Below are positions 1 to 1,988 of a stretch of 1,988 bases of DNA, one piece after another. Origin of the DNA: Enterobacteria phage P2-EC58; sequence record AJ512683.1; one strand, 5' to 3'. A program made the translations under genes and the position numbers. The stretch's first letter is position 1. Each line of letters opens with the position of its first letter. The notes beneath the pieces are model-generated. The model was not told where the DNA came from. It searched no databases and saw only the letters and a list, made by a program, of their open reading frames with translations.

Positions 1-30
1 AATCCTGAATGGCCGGAAATGCCGAAATAA
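1..30 (+). CDS. G: 3' end of an upstream gene running off the left edge; probably the tail-fibre assembly chaperone of a P2-like phage (last 9 codons NPEWPEMPK plus TAA stop)
   Basis: In-frame codons aat cct gaa tgg ccg gaa atg ccg aaa end at TAA (28-30). The C-terminal peptide resembles what I recall of P2 gpG-type tail-fibre assembly proteins, and the position immediately upstream of the FI start matches P2 gene order (H-G-[Z/fun]-FI). Only 9 codons are visible, so the identification rests on recollection and synteny. Confidence 0.5.
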   Translation, partial: NPEWPEMPK

Positions 31-63
31 GTTGTATGAGCTCTGGTGTGAGCTGACATATCT

Positions 64-120
64 ATGGCACAGAGTAAAGCCTAATCTGACAGTCCGCTCT
101 GTGCCATGAGCGGACTGTCA
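64..120. terminator. Two overlapping, mutually exclusive inverted repeats between convergent genes: stem A 64-74/97-107 (11 bp, 22-nt loop) and stem B 87-99/108-120 (13 bp, 8-nt loop); possible bidirectional terminator or protein-binding palindrome
   Basis: Base pairing checked by hand: tggcacagag (65-74) is the reverse complement of ctctgtgcca (97-106), and gacagtccgctc (88-99) is the reverse complement of gagcggactgtc (108-119). Neither strand has a U-tract after the stems, so intrinsic-terminator function is uncertain. Confidence 0.35.
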
Positions 121-314
121 ATCAACAGATTTACGTGTAAATCTTGAAGCTATACATATTTACTTTCAATGATAAATAAAAGAACCACCCCAAAATCACT
201 GAAAGTATATTTTAACTAACCACCTGCAACTACTAACATTAATTTCACTCAACCTCAAAGAGTCGTAATTAAAATGATATGTGTAGCAATTTGCCTCGAT
301 ACGAATCATATGAA

Positions 315-1013
315 TTATATTTTTCCATGCTTTTCACCGTCAAATCGAATCATGCCAGGATCAAGAAAATAAATCAAATCAATTAACGCATGTTGTATTC
401 TGATTAGCCTTTCTTTATAAGGCTCGATATTTTTTGTCAAATTTATCACTTCATTGTTTAAATCTAAAAAAAATGGTTCATTGACAAAGCAATTTTCCTT
501 TGTGAAACCGCCGTAACCTATGCAATCAAATCCAGCATCTGTTGATATCAACATCTTTTCCGCAATAGCTCTCTGCTCTCCTATGAAAAACATAAAATAC
601 TGACCAAAGGCGTCTGTTTGGATTAATGAGTTAATATTGTTCTGTAATCTAATAAACTCCCTCATTTTTTTATTTTTTTCTAGACTAAGGTATTGAATGT
701 CTATGCGGGCGGCTTCTGTCCATGCAAAGAACTGGGAAAAAAGAAAAACCGTGTTTTTGATAACATAATCTTGTTGGCGCTTACTCCCATTATGATAAAA
801 CTCTTCAATAAACCCTAATTCTAATATGTTATAAATGCGGCTTTGTAAGTCTGAAGCTGAGCGAATTAACGGTTCAATATAGTACTGATGTTTTCTCCTT
901 ACATCCAGTGTTTCATTGAGCTTGTTTATTCTATTCTGATTATAGGTAGATATAGCAATAGAGATTATAGATATTGCACCACCAATAAGGCTTGAAATTA
1001 ATGCCACACTCAT
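315..1013 (-). CDS. Hypothetical membrane-anchored protein, 232 aa, with one N-terminal transmembrane helix and a soluble domain of unknown function; candidate anti-phage or phage-exclusion protein in the position of P2 Z/fun
   Basis: ORF of 232 codons in AT-rich DNA, where stop codons are frequent and long ORFs are unlikely by chance. ATG at 1013-1011 is preceded by AAGGA (complement of 1021-1025) with a 7-nt spacer. Residues 3-24 (VALISSLIGGAISIISIAISTY) are uniformly hydrophobic, followed by a basic stretch (NQNRINK...RRKH), which by the positive-inside rule suggests a cytoplasmic C-terminal domain. Stop is TAA at 317-315. Function is inferred from genomic context only. Confidence 0.85.
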   Translation of the reverse strand: MSVALISSLIGGAISIISIAISTYNQNRINKLNETLDVRRKHQYYIEPLIRSASDLQSRIYNILELGFIEEFYHNGSKRQQDYVIKNTVFLFSQFFAWTEAARIDIQYLSLEKNKKMREFIRLQNNINSLIQTDAFGQYFMFFIGEQRAIAEKMLISTDAGFDCIGYGGFTKENCFVNEPFFLDLNNEVINLTKNIEPYKERLIRIQHALIDLIYFLDPGMIRFDGEKHGKI

Positions 1014-1020
1014 CTAAAAG

Positions 1021-1025
1021 TCCTT
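1021..1025 (-). promoter_or_regulatory. Shine-Dalgarno sequence (AAGGA) for the 232-aa gene
   Basis: Minus-strand sequence reads aatcAAAGGActtttagATG; the spacer to the start codon is 7 nt. Confidence 0.7.
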
Positions 1026-1084
1026 TGATTTTCTTGGTTAACAAAATGACATGGTTTTATTTAATGTCGCAGCAACTTAATAAT

Positions 1085-1118
1085 ACACCATGATATGATT
1101 ATTATGGTGTGATTTTTC
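1085..1118. promoter_or_regulatory. AT-rich hairpin or palindrome (stem 1085-1095/1100-1110, 4-nt loop) followed by TTTTT on the + strand; lies about 70-100 nt upstream of the cargo gene start on the opposite strand; operator-like, or a weak + strand terminator
   Basis: acaccatgata / tattatggtgt pair over 11 positions, one of which (1092 g with 1103 t) is a G.U wobble in RNA and a mismatch in DNA; followed by gatttttcgc (1111-1120). Confidence 0.3.
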
Positions 1119-1466
1119 GCATCTGTAATCCATTACAAACAGATGCAAGGTATAACTTGTCTATTTTCAGTCAGAAAATTCGTAAACATCCAAAGTAGCC
1201 TCATCAAACTCTTAAAATTCTATACGTTTGAGTGTAAAGATTTTAAATCCAGCTGCGTGGTATCGACTCAACTTTATTATGTTTTTTATTTGTAATTAAA
1301 GGTTGCATTATTTTCGATAATAAATCATCACAAGATTGAAATATGGTTTCACTTGATGCAATGTTTCATGTGGTCCAGCGATTTGAGTTACACCCAGCTG
1401 TACGGGTAATATAAATCAAATTGATGAACTTTTGATGCACTCCTCTCTCTTCATTACTTTATGTTT

Positions 1467-1500
1467 TTGCTCTCAAAAATATCTTGCTCTCTGAAAATTA
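1467..1500. repeat. Imperfect tandem direct repeat, two copies of TTGCTCTC(TG)AAAAT(A), period about 16 bp, preceded by a polypyrimidine run (tcctctctcttc, 1441-1452)
   Basis: Copy 1 ttgctctcaaaaata at 1468-1481 and copy 2 ttgctctctgaaaatta at 1484-1500, read directly from the sequence. Confidence 0.4.
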
Positions 1501-1817
1501 TTCTTTAAGTTAAAAGTCGAGGACTGCATGAGTGTTAGATACAAAGCTAATATGTTGAAATGTTTTTCATCTCCCCATAACGGCATTATTATCTAAAACA
1601 TTTACACAAATATAGGATTACCCCTTTAACGTAAACTAGGAATCAAGTTAACACCATTATATATATCATAAACATGATATTTTGTATATTTTTATCATTT
1701 AGCCTTGATTGTACAGGGCGTACTCTCAACGAAGTAGGGAAAGTCTGTTTTTCGCTCAAAGCAGACTGTCAGATTTGATAGCGTTTTGGCTATGTAAATT
1801 GTCAGTCGGAAAATGAG

Positions 1818-1835
1818 TGTGTACAAATCAGGACA
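1818..1835 (+). promoter_or_regulatory. TGT-N12-ACA dyad (TGTgtacaaatcaggACA), matching the consensus activator site of P2 late promoters bound by Ogr-type zinc-finger activators; candidate element of the FI late promoter
   Basis: Exact TGT at 1818-1820 and ACA at 1833-1835 with a 12-nt spacer. It lies about 125-140 nt upstream of the FI start codon, but it overlaps the 5' arm of the terminator stem and no clear -10 element was found, so the assignment is tentative. Confidence 0.25.
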
Positions 1836-1862
1836 GGCGGGCAGATTGCCCGCCTTTTCTTT
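1835..1862 (+). terminator. Rho-independent terminator on the + strand: 8-bp GC-rich stem (aggcgggc / gcccgcct), 5-nt loop (agatt), then T-tract ttttcttt
   Basis: Pairs 1835-1842 with 1848-1855 verified by hand (7 G:C plus 1 A:T), immediately followed by a T-run through 1862. The minus-strand version lacks a good U-tract, so it is oriented for + strand transcripts. Confidence 0.7.
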
Positions 1863-1946
1863 ATCTGTTGTTTCATCCACTGACCAGCCAGGTCAAATAG
1901 CGTCTCATGTACTACCCAACGGAAAATAGTTGCACCCATTAACCAC

Positions 1947-1950
1947 GGAG
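1947..1950 (+). promoter_or_regulatory. Shine-Dalgarno sequence (GGAG) for the tail sheath gene
   Basis: ccacGGAGttaaacggATG; the spacer to the ATG at 1959 is 8 nt. Confidence 0.7.
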
Positions 1951-1958
1951 TTAAACGG

Positions 1959-1988
1959 ATGAGCGACTATCATCACGGCGTGCAGGTG
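1959..1988 (+). CDS. FI: 5' end of the contractile tail sheath protein gene of a P2-like phage (first 10 codons MSDYHHGVQV); continues off the right edge
   Basis: atg agc gac tat cat cac ggc gtg cag gtg translates to MSDYHHGVQV, which I recognise as the N-terminus of P2 gpFI; a good RBS sits upstream. GC content rises again here relative to the cargo. Confidence 0.8.
   Translation, partial: MSDYHHGVQV

Noticed and set aside
481-486. TTGACA hexamer on the + strand, resembling a -35 box
   Set aside because: It lies inside the coding region of the 232-aa gene with no suitably spaced -10 element; such hexamers are expected by chance in AT-rich DNA.
1143-1295. 50-codon + strand ORF (MQGITCLFSVRKFVNIQSSL...)
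   Set aside because: No ribosome-binding site upstream (catctgtaatccattacaaacagATG), and the composition is what AT-rich non-coding DNA produces by chance. It also overlaps the likely promoter region of the cargo gene on the other strand.
1737-1770. Weak hairpin agtctg ... cagact (about 7-bp stem, 15-nt loop)
   Set aside because: Short stem with a large loop and no adjacent U-tract. It overlaps the right-border repeat motif and is better explained as part of that motif than as a separate structural element.
1014-1834. Retron msr/msd, type III toxin-antitoxin RNA repeats, or a CRISPR array in the non-coding stretch
   Set aside because: There is no reverse-transcriptase gene or endoribonuclease partner in the window, the only tandem repeat has two imperfect copies with no regular spacers, and no long flanking inverted repeats typical of msr/msd were found. 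These remain untested possibilities rather than supportable calls.
1695-1880. 61-aa minus-strand ORF from the six-frame track (MDETTDKEKAGNLPACPDLY...)
   Set aside because: It starts at GTG with no Shine-Dalgarno sequence, runs antisense straight through the + strand terminator hairpin (1835-1862) and the presumed FI promoter region, and its peptide is unremarkable. It is most likely a chance ORF created by the GC-richer terminator region.
1-1988. Insertion sequence or transposon, tRNA or rRNA genes
   Set aside because: No transposase-sized ORF, no terminal inverted repeats bounding an element, and no cloverleaf-compatible or rRNA-like sequence could be recognised. The border repeats are short, degenerate and direct rather than IS-type inverted repeats.

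Overview
This window looks like an accessory-gene hotspot of a P2-like (Peduovirus) prophage, sitting between two conserved late genes. The left edge (1-30, + strand) carries the last 9 codons and stop of a gene that is probably the tail-fibre assembly chaperone (P2 G-like). The right edge (1959-1988, + strand) carries a Shine-Dalgarno site and the first 10 codons, MSDYHHGVQV, which I recognise as the N-terminus of the P2 tail sheath protein FI. Between them lies about 1.7 kb of visibly AT-rich DNA (by eye, not computed) that contrasts with the GC-richer flanks. It holds a single convincing gene on the opposite strand (315-1013, 232 aa, strong RBS) encoding a protein with one N-terminal transmembrane helix and a roughly 210-aa soluble domain with no motif I can recognise. 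In phage P2 the same G/FI interval holds the non-essential Z/fun exclusion gene, and in P2-like prophages it is a documented hotspot for anti-phage systems, so this ORF is a candidate single-gene defence or abortive-infection protein, possibly undescribed. The cargo is bounded by a double inverted repeat on the left and a textbook rho-independent terminator on the right, and contains about 820 bp with no credible ORF. All homology statements are from memory and reading the sequence; no search was run.
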